Assembly (NCBI GenBank): GCA_038240205.1 | Contig: JBBSDZ010000002.1 | Location: 1,919-65,918 of the forward strand | Direction of reading: 5' to 3' | DNA from: Solirubrobacterales bacterium | GTDB taxonomy: Bacteria > Actinomycetota > Thermoleophilia > Solirubrobacterales > Solirubrobacteraceae | Length of the DNA stretch: 64,000 bases | Part shown: positions 1-10,621 of the stretch, in pieces | Layout of the letters: each line of letters begins with the position of its first letter | How positions within the stretch are numbered: the stretch's first letter is position 1 | Program-made: the position numbers and the translations under genes | The notes under the pieces: generated by a model | What the model saw: only the letters and a program-made list of their open reading frames with translations | What the model was told of the DNA's origin: nothing | Database searches by the model: none

Positions 1-474
1 GTGGTAGCCGTTGTCGAAGCTCACGACGATCGGTTTGCCGGACGGCAGCGCTGCGCCGTGCCGCCAGTTGTCCAAAAGCTGGTCAGGCGTGACGGCCGTC
101 CAGCCGGCGCGCTCGAGCGCCTGCATCTGCGCCGCGAATTCCGTCGGTTGCACGTACAGGCCAGGAAAGGGAGCAGCCGGCGGTGCAGCTGCGATCACGT
201 GGTACATGAGTATCGGAACGGCCTCGCGACCTGGTCGGCCGGTCACGCCGACTGCGCTAGCCGACGACCTGGCGCGCGTGTGGGTGCCGGTGGCGCGTCC
301 GACTCTCCGCGTTGGCTTCGGGGCCGAAGAAGCGGGTCCGCCCGCCCGCACGAGCAGCCCAACCGTGAGCGCGACGATCGCGATGAGGCCGACCCCGGCG
401 ACAGCAAGACGGCGCCGCCGGCGCACTCTCAGCCGAGCCGTGGCCCGGCGACTGCGCAGTTCCTCCAGGTCCAT
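1..474 (-). CDS. Polysaccharide deacetylase (NodB-type), 5' part; runs off the window edge
   Basis: Not in the ORF track. Manual minus-strand translation from ATG 474 gives an N-terminal TM segment, then VPILMYHVI...EFAAQMQALERAGWTAVT...KPIVVSFDNGY, typical deacetylase motifs. Confidence 0.85.
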   Translation of the reverse strand, partial: MDLEELRSRRATARLRVRRRRRLAVAGVGLIAIVALTVGLLVRAGGPASSAPKPTRRVGRATGTHTRARSSASAVGVTGRPGREAVPILMYHVIAAAPPAAPFPGLYVQPTEFAAQMQALERAGWTAVTPDQLLDNWRHGAALPSGKPIVVSFDNGYH

Positions 475-654
475 CGCTCGCTCCGTAGTGCATCGCTCGA
501 GATCGCTCCGCTGGCGGGAGACGCCGACCGAGCTTAGTCTGTTGTGCGGCTGGGGCCGACGACTCGGAAGGTGGACAGGACGAACGCCGCGAGTCGAACG
601 CGGTACCGTGGCCTCGCCACACAGCGAACTCACCGGCGAGCGTCGGTTCCCGAC

Positions 655-1137
655 TTGGCAGACGAGCCCGAGCCCCATCCACGCACTGTCGCCGCGGTCA
701 CGCCGGCCGACTTGCCCGATCTGCTGCCGCTCCTGCGGGCGTACTGCGACTTCTACGCAACGTCCCCGAGCGATGAGTCGCTGCTCGCCCTCTCACGCGC
801 GCTGATTGAGGACCCGGCGCTGGAGGGCGTGCAGCTGCTTGCACGCGACGGAGATGGCCGCGCGCTCGGCTTCGCGACGGTCTTCTGGAGCTGGGATACG
901 ACCGAGGCGAGCCGCATCGGCATCATGAACGACCTCTACGTCAGTCCGAAGGCGCGCGGCTCGGGGACCGCCGAGCGGCTGATCGGGGCGTGTGCTCAGC
1001 GCTGTGAGCAGCGCGGGGCGGCACGCCTGGAGTGGCAGACCGGACCGGACAATCGGCGCGCGCAGGCCGTTTACGACCGCATCGGCGGAACGCGAGAACC
1101 GTGGCTGCTCTATGCCAAACCGACGCCCGCGAGCTGA
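655..1137 (+). CDS. GNAT family N-acetyltransferase
   Basis: MNDLYVSPKARGSGTA acetyl-CoA motif and N-x-x-A-x-x-x-Y motif; start uncertain (TTG 655). Confidence 0.85.
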   Translation: MADEPEPHPRTVAAVTPADLPDLLPLLRAYCDFYATSPSDESLLALSRALIEDPALEGVQLLARDGDGRALGFATVFWSWDTTEASRIGIMNDLYVSPKARGSGTAERLIGACAQRCEQRGAARLEWQTGPDNRRAQAVYDRIGGTREPWLLYAKPTPAS

Positions 1138-1183
1138 GCCCGGCTGCCGCCGTATGGCTGTTCCGGCTGCACGCGTCTGAGCG

Positions 1184-1906
1184 ATGCTCATCCTGAGCTG
1201 GAACCTGTTCCACGGGCGCTCCCAGCCTCCTGCGGGGCGATCGCTGCTCGGCGAGTTCCAGGAGCTGCTCGCGGCATGGGAGTGGGACGTTGCGCTGCTG
1301 CAGGAGGTGCCACCGTGGTGGCCGGCGCAGCTTGCGCGCGCGGCCGGCGCCGAGCAGCGCGCGGCAATGACCTCGCGCAACTCACTGCTCGCGCTGAGAC
1401 GCGCCGTCGCCGCTCGTCGGCCCGACCTGATCAAGTCGAACGGCGGCGGCTGCAACGCAGTGCTCGTCCGCGCGCGGATCGACAGCCACCGCGACCTGCG
1501 CCTGCGCTTGTGGCCGGAGCGGCGCGTCGCGCAGCTCGTGCGACTGGCTGGCGGAACTTGCGTGGCGAACTTCCACGGGAGCGTCCGCGTGCCACTCGCC
1601 GAGCAGGAGCTCGCGAGGCTCTTCGACGTGGCAGAGGCCTGGGCGCGCGGAGACCCGCTTGTCCTCGGCGGCGATCTGAACCTACGCAGGCCAGGTGCGC
1701 CGAGTGAGGACTACGAGCACGTCGCTGCCCGCGACGTGGACCACCTTTTCGCGCGCGGCTTGCGCCGAGACAGCGAGGCTGAGCTGCTCAACCGGCACGC
1801 CACCCAAGGAGGCAGCTGGCTTCAGCTCTCTGACCATCCACCGCTGCGAGTGCGTCTCAGTACGGCTGATCAGTCGGTGAGATGCTCGGCGTCGGCGTCA
1901 CCGTAG
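1184..1906 (+). CDS. Endonuclease/exonuclease/phosphatase family protein
   Basis: SWN, LQE, GGDLN, DH and SDH motifs. Confidence 0.85.
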   Translation: MLILSWNLFHGRSQPPAGRSLLGEFQELLAAWEWDVALLQEVPPWWPAQLARAAGAEQRAAMTSRNSLLALRRAVAARRPDLIKSNGGGCNAVLVRARIDSHRDLRLRLWPERRVAQLVRLAGGTCVANFHGSVRVPLAEQELARLFDVAEAWARGDPLVLGGDLNLRRPGAPSEDYEHVAARDVDHLFARGLRRDSEAELLNRHATQGGSWLQLSDHPPLRVRLSTADQSVRCSASASP

Positions 1907-2121
1907 ACGGCGTCCGCCGGTTCCTCGGCCTCGCGGCTGGCGTCTTGAGAGATGCGCGCGGGCCTGTGCTCGTCACCGTGTGAGCTGTGTTCGATCAGTT
2001 CCTTCTCGGCGAGCTCGAACCCCTCCGACTGGCCTCCGCCCGCCTCCTCGACCGCGAGGCGCTCCTGGCGCCTGCGCTCGGTCAGCTCGGAGAGAGGGTC
2101 CGAGGGCATTTCGCTTGCCAT
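1870..2121 (-). CDS. Small acidic hypothetical protein
   Basis: 83-aa ORF with GAGGAG upstream and plausible composition (EAGGGQSEGFELAE). Confidence 0.6.
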   Translation of the reverse strand: MASEMPSDPLSELTERRRQERLAVEEAGGGQSEGFELAEKELIEHSSHGDEHRPARISQDASREAEEPADAVYGDADAEHLTD

Positions 2122-2212
2122 GCGCGCACCATACTCCTCGCCACGTGGGAGGGGGCTCCGCTCGTGGCCGCTTGTTCAAAGCCCATCCCCGGTAGGGGTA
2201 TGCTGGACCGAG

Positions 2213-2497
2213 ATGGCACAGACGCGCGGATATTTGGCGAGCAAAGACGAGCTGCAACGACGGCTCGCGCGAATCGAGGGCCAAGTGCGCGGCGTGTCAA
2301 AGATGGTCGCCGAGGAGCGCTACTGCATCGACGTGCTCACGCAGATCGCGGCGATCGAGGCCGCGCTCGACAAGGTCGCGCTCGGCTTGCTCGACGATCA
2401 CGCGCGGGTGTGCGTGATCGGTGGTGAGGAGTCAGAGCGCGAGCAGCGCACCGAGGAGATGATGGCCGCCGTCGGTCGCTTGGTGCGCCGGGGCTGA
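2213..2497 (+). CDS. csoR: CsoR/RcnR family metal-sensing repressor
   Basis: RLARIEGQVRG...YCIDVLTQ...HARVC gives the Cys-His-Cys metal ligand set. Confidence 0.85.
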   Translation: MAQTRGYLASKDELQRRLARIEGQVRGVSKMVAEERYCIDVLTQIAAIEAALDKVALGLLDDHARVCVIGGEESEREQRTEEMMAAVGRLVRRG

Positions 2498-2507
2498 AAA
2501 ATCGCGA

Positions 2508-3845
2508 CTACAGCGCGAGCTGTTCGCGCGCGGTCTGCATCAGCGTCGGCGTGTTCTTGAGCTCGCCGAGCGCGCTGAGCATCGGATCCAGCTCGCAGTC
2601 GATCTTCGCCGGCCACTGCTTCTCAGGGTGCTCGTCGAGCGTCTTCAGCCCGTTGCCCGTGATCAGCGCGACGACCGTGTCGTCCGGTGCGAAGGCTCCA
2701 GCCGCGGCGAGCTTCTCGAGCACCGCGATCGTCGTTCCGCCGGCCGGCTCTGTCAGCAGGCCCTCCGTCGCGGCGAGCAGGTCGATTCCGGCAAAGATCT
2801 CCGGGTCCGAGGCGAACGCGGCCGTGCCGCCGCGTTTGTGGACGGCGTCGATCACGAGGTAGCCGTCGCCGGGGGCGCCGATCGCCAGCGAATGAGCCAT
2901 CGTCTCAGGCATGACCGGGTGCACCTCGGCCTCCTCGGCGAGAATCGCGCTCGCGATCGGGTTGCAGCCGCTCGGCTGGGCGATGTGGATGCGCGTGCCC
3001 TCCGTCTCTGAGAGACCGAGTAGCTGTAGCTCGATCAGGCCCTTGTGCATCCGCGAGGACAGCGTGCCACCGGCGGCGGGGCTGAGGATGTGGTCTGGCG
3101 CCTCCCAGTCGAGCTGCTCGACGATCTCGAACGCGGCCGTCTTCGCGCCCTCGGCGTAGAACGGACGCAGCGTGATGTTGGCGAAGTCCATTCCCGTCGT
3201 TTCAGCGACTTCGCGGCAGCGACGGTTGGCTTCGTCGTAGTTGCCCTCGACCTGAACGACCTTCGCGCCGAGCGCCATGCACGAGCGCGCCTTCATCTCC
3301 TCCAGGCGATTGGGATAGAAGATGAACGCGTCGACACCCGCCTTCGCTGCGAGCGACGCCACGGCGGTGCCGACGTTGCCTGTGGAGACGCAGCCGATCT
3401 CGTCCTTGCCGCGCTCGAGCAGCCGCGCGACCGACATCGAGACGACGCGGTCCTTGTAGGAGAGGCTCGGGCGGTTGCTCGAGTCATCCTTCAGATACAG
3501 GTTGTTGAGGCCCAGCTCGGCGCCGAGGCGGTCGGCGCGGATCAGCGGCGTGTAGCCGGAATGCCGGCCGACCCGCGCCTGCGCGCCGGCGTCGACGATC
3601 GGCAACAGCTCCTCGAAGTGCCACACGTTGGCCGGGCGCGCGGCGCTCGGGAAGTCCTTGAAGTGACTCGCCGCCAGCTCGTAGTCGTAAACGATGTCCA
3701 AGCCCTTGCCGCAGTCCGGACAGGCAAACACGGTGGACTCCAGCGGGTAGCTGTTGTCGCAGCGGTGGCAGACGAGCGCAGTCGCGCACGAGCGCGTCCT
3801 CTGCCTCGACCCCGTCAGTGGGCTCTCTACGGTCTGTGGGCTCAT
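2508..3845 (-). CDS. Threonine synthase-like fold-type II PLP enzyme
   Basis: N-terminal CxxC..CxxC, PLP lysine in SYKDR, STGN, EGAKT, EPAG and TGNGLK motifs. Start overlaps the upstream stop (ATGA). Confidence 0.85.
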   Translation of the reverse strand: MSPQTVESPLTGSRQRTRSCATALVCHRCDNSYPLESTVFACPDCGKGLDIVYDYELAASHFKDFPSAARPANVWHFEELLPIVDAGAQARVGRHSGYTPLIRADRLGAELGLNNLYLKDDSSNRPSLSYKDRVVSMSVARLLERGKDEIGCVSTGNVGTAVASLAAKAGVDAFIFYPNRLEEMKARSCMALGAKVVQVEGNYDEANRRCREVAETTGMDFANITLRPFYAEGAKTAAFEIVEQLDWEAPDHILSPAAGGTLSSRMHKGLIELQLLGLSETEGTRIHIAQPSGCNPIASAILAEEAEVHPVMPETMAHSLAIGAPGDGYLVIDAVHKRGGTAAFASDPEIFAGIDLLAATEGLLTEPAGGTTIAVLEKLAAAGAFAPDDTVVALITGNGLKTLDEHPEKQWPAKIDCELDPMLSALGELKNTPTLMQTAREQLAL

Positions 3846-6109
3846 GCGACTACCTCCAACGATACGCCGGGCCACGGCGTTTGTGCACCGTGCTCCTCAT
3901 TGCCGAAGGCGATCCACAGCTCCTCTGAGAGGTGCGGGGCGAACGGGCCGAGCAGTTGCGCCAGCAGCGTTAGCGCCTCGATCAGCGCGTCGCTGTCGGC
4001 GCGGCTGAGCGAGCCCTCACGCGCAATCACGCGCTTCTCATAGTCCTTGATGCGGTCGAACAGCCGCATCACGTTGCGCACGGCGCTGTGCATCTCGAGT
4101 CCCTCCATGTCCTCGGTGATCCTCTCCACGCCCTTCTCACACCACTGCCTCAGTTTCAGCCGCAGGTGCTCGCTGGTGTCTCTGACGGGCTCCCCAGCCG
4201 CGTCGTCCGCGGGCTGCGGCTCGCCGGCGAGTGCCGCAGCGGCGGCCAGGCGCGACTGCGAGAACTCCCAGACCTGCGTCAGGAACCGGTGTGCGCGCAG
4301 CACCGCCGAATCGCTCCAGTTGAGCGTCTTCTGTGCCCGCGCCGCGTACAGGACGGCCAGGCGCACGGTGTCGGCGCCGTAGCGCTCGACGAGCGCATCC
4401 GGATCGACGACGTTGCCCAGATGCTTGCTCATCTTGCGGCCATCGCTGATGACCATCTCGTGGAACAGGCATCCGGCAAACGGCTCGCCGTCGGTGAGGA
4501 AGTCGAGCGGGCCGATGTCGCGCAGAGCCTTCGTGACGATCCTCTGGTCGAAGACGAAGTTGCCGCTGTCCGAGCCGGCGACGACGCGCTCGGAGGGCAG
4601 CCAGTGGCGCAGGTCGGCGAGCGCCAGGATGTCCTCGAGCGGCTCCGCGCGAGCCTCCGGCGGCACGGCCACCGGAATCCAAAGCCAGAGCGCGTCGAAG
4701 TGGCAGTCGAGCGTGTCGGTCTCGCGCTCTGCCGGTCCACCGCAAAGGGGGCAGGTCGTCTCCACGAACTCGCGCAGCTCGGCGAGCGGGTTGCCGGTGC
4801 CCGTTGGCGTGATGTCCAGGGGAAGCAAGACGGGAAGCTGCTCCTTGGGTAGCGGCACCGCCCCGTGCGTCTCGCAGTAGACGACCGGGATCGGCGTGCC
4901 CCACGAGCGCTGGCGCGAGATCGAGAAGTCATCGGCCTTGTAGCGGATCGCCTCGCGCGGGGCCGCTGCCTCGCCGGTGTCCTGCGCGTCTGGGCTGCTG
5001 CCGGCGGCTCCTCTCGACGCGCGCAGCAGCTCCGGCACGCGCTCGGCGAGCACCGCGTCGGTGCGATCGCTCTGCGGAACGCCGAACACCGCGGTCGCGC
5101 CGAAGCGCCCGTCGACGACCGGTGAGATGAGCACGGGGAGCGATCCCTCGCGCGCGGGCGCGCGCAGCGAGTATCCGGTGTCGATCAGTGCGACCGCACC
5201 GGCATCGCGCGAGCCGCGCTCGAGTCCTCCGGAGCGAAGCTCCTCCAGACGCTCGCGCACCTGCGGCTCAGACGCCCACGAGTCGATCTCCGGGTGCTTG
5301 GGTGAGATCAGCACGAACTCGGCGAGCTCCAGAGCGTCGGCGTGCGTCGTGAACACCGTCAGCCGCTGGCCCGCGGCGCTAGCCAGCTCGACCTCGACGC
5401 CGTCGACGCGACCGAGCACGAAGCGCTGGCTCGCTAGCGCCACCTCGTCCCAGCGCCCGCCGCCCGCCAGCTCGTCCAGGCGCCGGTCGTTCTCCTGTGT
5501 GTACGCACTGATCCGCAGGTACCACTGCGGACGCTCGATCAGCCGGACCGGGTTGTGACAGCGCCAGCAGAGGCCGTCCTCGACCTGGATCGTCGCGAGC
5601 GTCGTCTGGCAGGTGTCACACCAATCGACGTTGCCCGTGCCGCGGTAGACGAGCCCCGCCTCGAGCAGCGTCAGGAAGAGCCATTGCGACCAGCGGTACA
5701 TGATCGGGTCCGAGCTCATGAACGTGCGCTCCCAGTCGAAGGAGAATCCGAGCCGCTGCAGCTGCCCGGTCATGTGCGTGGCGCAACGCGCGACCCACTC
5801 GCTCGGTGACTCCCCGCGCGAGATCGCGCCGAGCTCCGCCGGTAGGCCGAAGGCGTCGAAGCCGAACGCGAACAGCACGCGGTCGCCGCGGGCGCGCCGG
5901 AAGCGCGCATAGGCGTCTCCGATCGAGTAGCTGCGCACGTGTCCGATGTGCACGTTGCCCGACGTGAACGGCGCCGATGGCTTTATGTACAGATTGCGCC
6001 GATCCTCGGCGGCGGCCGGCGTACGAGCGGCGTCGCGCTCTCGCCAGGCAGCCTGGCGGCGCCTCTCGATCGCGTCCGGGACATAGCTCTTGTCGACTGC
6101 CTCTGACAT
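3842..6109 (-). CDS. Divergent class Ia leucyl-tRNA synthetase paralogue lacking the C-terminal domain
   Basis: HIGH, FDAFGLPAE, zinc knuckles, SRQRSWGTPIP, KMSKH and PFAPHLSEELW motifs are present. Leucine-pocket motifs are replaced. Confidence 0.85.
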   Translation of the reverse strand: MSEAVDKSYVPDAIERRRQAAWRERDAARTPAAAEDRRNLYIKPSAPFTSGNVHIGHVRSYSIGDAYARFRRARGDRVLFAFGFDAFGLPAELGAISRGESPSEWVARCATHMTGQLQRLGFSFDWERTFMSSDPIMYRWSQWLFLTLLEAGLVYRGTGNVDWCDTCQTTLATIQVEDGLCWRCHNPVRLIERPQWYLRISAYTQENDRRLDELAGGGRWDEVALASQRFVLGRVDGVEVELASAAGQRLTVFTTHADALELAEFVLISPKHPEIDSWASEPQVRERLEELRSGGLERGSRDAGAVALIDTGYSLRAPAREGSLPVLISPVVDGRFGATAVFGVPQSDRTDAVLAERVPELLRASRGAAGSSPDAQDTGEAAAPREAIRYKADDFSISRQRSWGTPIPVVYCETHGAVPLPKEQLPVLLPLDITPTGTGNPLAELREFVETTCPLCGGPAERETDTLDCHFDALWLWIPVAVPPEARAEPLEDILALADLRHWLPSERVVAGSDSGNFVFDQRIVTKALRDIGPLDFLTDGEPFAGCLFHEMVISDGRKMSKHLGNVVDPDALVERYGADTVRLAVLYAARAQKTLNWSDSAVLRAHRFLTQVWEFSQSRLAAAAALAGEPQPADDAAGEPVRDTSEHLRLKLRQWCEKGVERITEDMEGLEMHSAVRNVMRLFDRIKDYEKRVIAREGSLSRADSDALIEALTLLAQLLGPFAPHLSEELWIAFGNEEHGAQTPWPGVSLEVVA

Positions 6110-6221
6110 GTCTGTCGAGGATACCCAAGGGCATTACGCGGACCCCGGCCATTGCTATGCTCAAATCCAGTTGGCTGACGTCCGCTACAAGACATCTCTG
6201 GCGCCTCGCCGACCCCTCTCT

Positions 6222-6249
6222 GGCCCCGCTTCGTGCGGGGCTGTTTCGT
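6222..6249 (+). terminator. Terminator-like hairpin in the guaB 5' leader (possible attenuator)
   Basis: GGCCCCGC-TTCGT-GCGGGGCT followed by GTTTCGT, about 25 nt before the guaB ATG; -10-like TATGCT at 6156-6161. Confidence 0.55.
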
Positions 6250-6274
6250 CCGGACCGACTGCGAGGATTCAGCG

Positions 6275-7460
6275 ATGGAGATAGAGATCGGACGTGGCAA
6301 GAAAGCCCGTCGGGCATACGGATTCGACGACATTGCGATCGTCCCTTCGCGGCGCACGAGGGACCCCGACGACATCGATATCTCGTGGAAGCTCGGGCCC
6401 TACCAGTTCGAGCTGCCGATGCTCGCCTCCGCGATGGATGGCGTCGTGTCGCCGCGGACCGCTGGCATCATCGGCAACCTCGGTGGCCTCGCCGTGCTGA
6501 ACCTCGAGGGCATCTTCACCCGCTATGAGGACGCCGAGGAGCAGCTCGAGCGGATCGCGCTGCTGCCGAAGGATCTCGCGACGCGCGAGATGCAGGAGAT
6601 CTACAGCGAGCCGGTCAAGCCGGAGCTGATCGCTCAGCGCATCGCGGAGATCAAGGAGCAGAAGGTTGTGGTTGCGGCCTCGCTGACGCCCCAGCGTGTG
6701 CTGCAGTACCACGACATCGCGATGGAGGCGGGCCTTGACGTGCTCGTAATCCAGGGCACGGTCGTCTCCGGCGAGCACGTCTCGACGGTCTCCGAGCCAC
6801 TGAACCTGAAGGAGTTCATCCCGACGCTCGACGTTCCGGTCGTGGTAGGCGGCTGCGCCTCCTACCACACGGGCCTGCACCTGATGCGCACCGGCGCGGC
6901 AGGCGTGCTCGTGGGGGTCGGCCCCGGCGCGGCGTGCACGACCCGCGGGGTGCTCGGGATCGGCGTCCCGCAGGCGACGGCGATCGCCGACGTCGCCTAC
7001 GCCCGATCGACGCACATGCTCGAGACGGGTGAGTACTGCCAGGTGATCGCCGACGGCGGCATGCGCAACGGCGGCGACGTCTCCAAGGCGATCGCGCTCG
7101 GCGCGGACGCTGTGATGATCGGCTCGCCGCTCGCGCGTGCCTACGAGGCGCCCGGTCGCGGCTTTCACTGGGGTATGGCCACCTTCCACCCAAGCCTGCC
7201 GCGCGGGGCGCGGGTGGCGACGCATCAGAACGGAACGCTCGAGGAGATCCTCGTCGGGCCGGCCCGTGAGAACGACGGCTCGTTCAACCTGTTCGGGGGC
7301 CTGCGCACGTCGATGGCGACGTGCGGCCACAAGGACCTCGCGGAGTTTAACCGCGCCGAGGTCGTGGTCGCGCCCTCGTTGCAGACCGAGGGCAAGGCGC
7401 TGCAGCGCGATCAGGGAGTCGGCATGGGCGCGACCAACGGGAAGGCTGCCGCCCTAGTCA

Positions 7461-7468
<8 letters not shown>
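6275..7468 (+). CDS. guaB: IMP dehydrogenase, GuaB3 family
   Basis: [24 protein letters not shown], catalytic [14 protein letters not shown] and GMAT motifs; no CBS domains. Confidence 0.9.
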
Positions 7469-9143
<1,675 letters not shown>

Positions 9144-9228
9144 TCTGCGGAGCGGGCTGAGTTCGCCTATGATGTCCTCTCCGCCGCGCGACCGATCGCA
9201 GATCGGCCAGCGTGGCCTTTTTCACGCA

Positions 9229-9675
9229 ATGGCTCCCTCGACACGAACCTACGTAGCGAAGCCGACCGACCGCGAGCGCAACTGGTTGGTCGTCGACGCG
9301 AACGGCAAGACGCTCGGTCGTCTGGCGACGCAGATCGCGGACGTGCTGCGCGGCAAGCGCAAGCCCGAGTACACCCCGCACGTGGACACAGGCGACTTCG
9401 TCGTCGTCGTGAACGCCGAGAAGATCCACGTGACGGGCAACAAGCGCGCCGACAAGATCTACTACCGCCACTCCGGGCACCCGGGCGGCCTGCGCTCGCG
9501 CACGTTCGAGGAGATGCTCGCCCGGCGCCCGGAGGAGATCATCCGGCTGGCCGTGAAAGGCATGATGCCGCGCAACCGGCTCGCGCGTAAGCAGCTCACC
9601 AAGCTGAAGGTGTACGCGGGGCCTGAGCACCCACACGTCGCCCAAAAACCGCAACCTTTGGAGATCGAGCGCTGA
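9229..9675 (+). CDS. rplM: 50S ribosomal protein L13
   Basis: [28 protein letters not shown]...[12 protein letters not shown]. Confidence 0.97.
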   Translation: MAPSTRTYVAKPTDRERNWLVVDANGKTLGRLATQIADVLRGKRKPEYTPHVDTGDFVVVVNAEKIHVTGNKRADKIYYRHSGHPGGLRSRTFEEMLARRPEEIIRLAVKGMMPRNRLARKQLTKLKVYAGPEHPHVAQKPQPLEIER

Positions 9676-10595
9676 TGGCCGACGAGGACACCCCGGACAC
9701 ACCTGAGACGCCCCCGGAGGAGCACCACGCGGTGCCCAACGAGGAGGCAAGCGAGATAGCGGGCTCTGCCGAGGACGCCGCACTCGAGGCGGCGCAGGAG
9801 GCACAGGACTCCCCCGAGGAGCACCCGGCGCCGGAGCCCGCCACGGCTGAGCCGGTCGGCGAGGGTCACGCGGTGCCGACGGCCGAGGCTCAGGAAATAG
9901 CGGGCTCCGCCGAGGACGGCGCGCTCGAGGCGCTCCAGGAGTCCGAGGACGCGACCGCGATTGAGGCAGCCGTCGACGAGGACGCCGAGGATGAGCCGGC
10001 GCAGCCGGCCGCCAAGCCGTCCGCGCCCGGAGCGCACCTCGAAGTGGACATCGTTCCCGAGGGCGCCGACCCGCTTGGTCGCGGCGAGGGCAGCGAGGAT
10101 CCTTACGCCGTCGAGGGCGAGGAGGGCGAGAACGCTCCTCACGGAGACGGCGAGGGTGAGGAGGCGCTGAGTGAGCCGATCGCGACGGCCGCGATCGATC
10201 TGGCCGCCGGTGCTCGCTACCGCGCGACCGGCAAGCGCAAGACGGCGATCGCACGCGTGACGCTGCGGCCCGGCAAGGGCACCTATCTGATCAACGGGCG
10301 CACGCTCGAGCAGCACTTCCCGCGTGACACCCTGCAGCGGAACATTCGCCAGCCGCTGGAGACGGTCGGCTACCAGGACCGGATGGACGTCGTTGCGCGT
10401 CTGCACGGCGGCGGCATCTCAGCGCAGGCCGGGGCGCTGCGCCACGGCGTGTCGCGCGCGCTGCTCGAGGCTGACCCGAACCTGCGTGGTGAGCTCAAGC
10501 GCAGAGGCTTCCTGACGCGCGACTCGCGCGCCAAGGAGCGCAAGAAGGCCGGGCTGAAGAAGGCCCGTAAGAAGCCACAGTTCTCCAAGCGCTAG
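9675..10595 (+). CDS. rpsI: 30S ribosomal protein S9 with a long acidic N-terminal extension
   Basis: C-terminal [12 protein letters not shown]...[14 protein letters not shown]...[19 protein letters not shown]. Confidence 0.95.
   Translation: MADEDTPDTPETPPEEHHAVPNEEASEIAGSAEDAALEAAQEAQDSPEEHPAPEPATAEPVGEGHAVPTAEAQEIAGSAEDGALEALQESEDATAIEAAVDEDAEDEPAQPAAKPSAPGAHLEVDIVPEGADPLGRGEGSEDPYAVEGEEGENAPHGDGEGEEALSEPIATAAIDLAAGARYRATGKRKTAIARVTLRPGKGTYLINGRTLEQHFPRDTLQRNIRQPLETVGYQDRMDVVARLHGGGISAQAGALRHGVSRALLEADPNLRGELKRRGFLTRDSRAKERKKAGLKKARKKPQFSKR
9726..9950 (+). repeat. Imperfect tandem duplication (141-nt period) in the rpsI extension
   Basis: [25 protein letters not shown] starts at 9726; [25 protein letters not shown] starts at 9867. 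Confidence 0.85.
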
Positions 10596-10621
10596 CTTCC
10601 GGCCGCCGGAGGTAGAGCAGC

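Noticed and set aside
1-805. Plus-strand ORFs 1-537 and 11-805
   Set aside because: Shadows of the minus-strand deacetylase gene.
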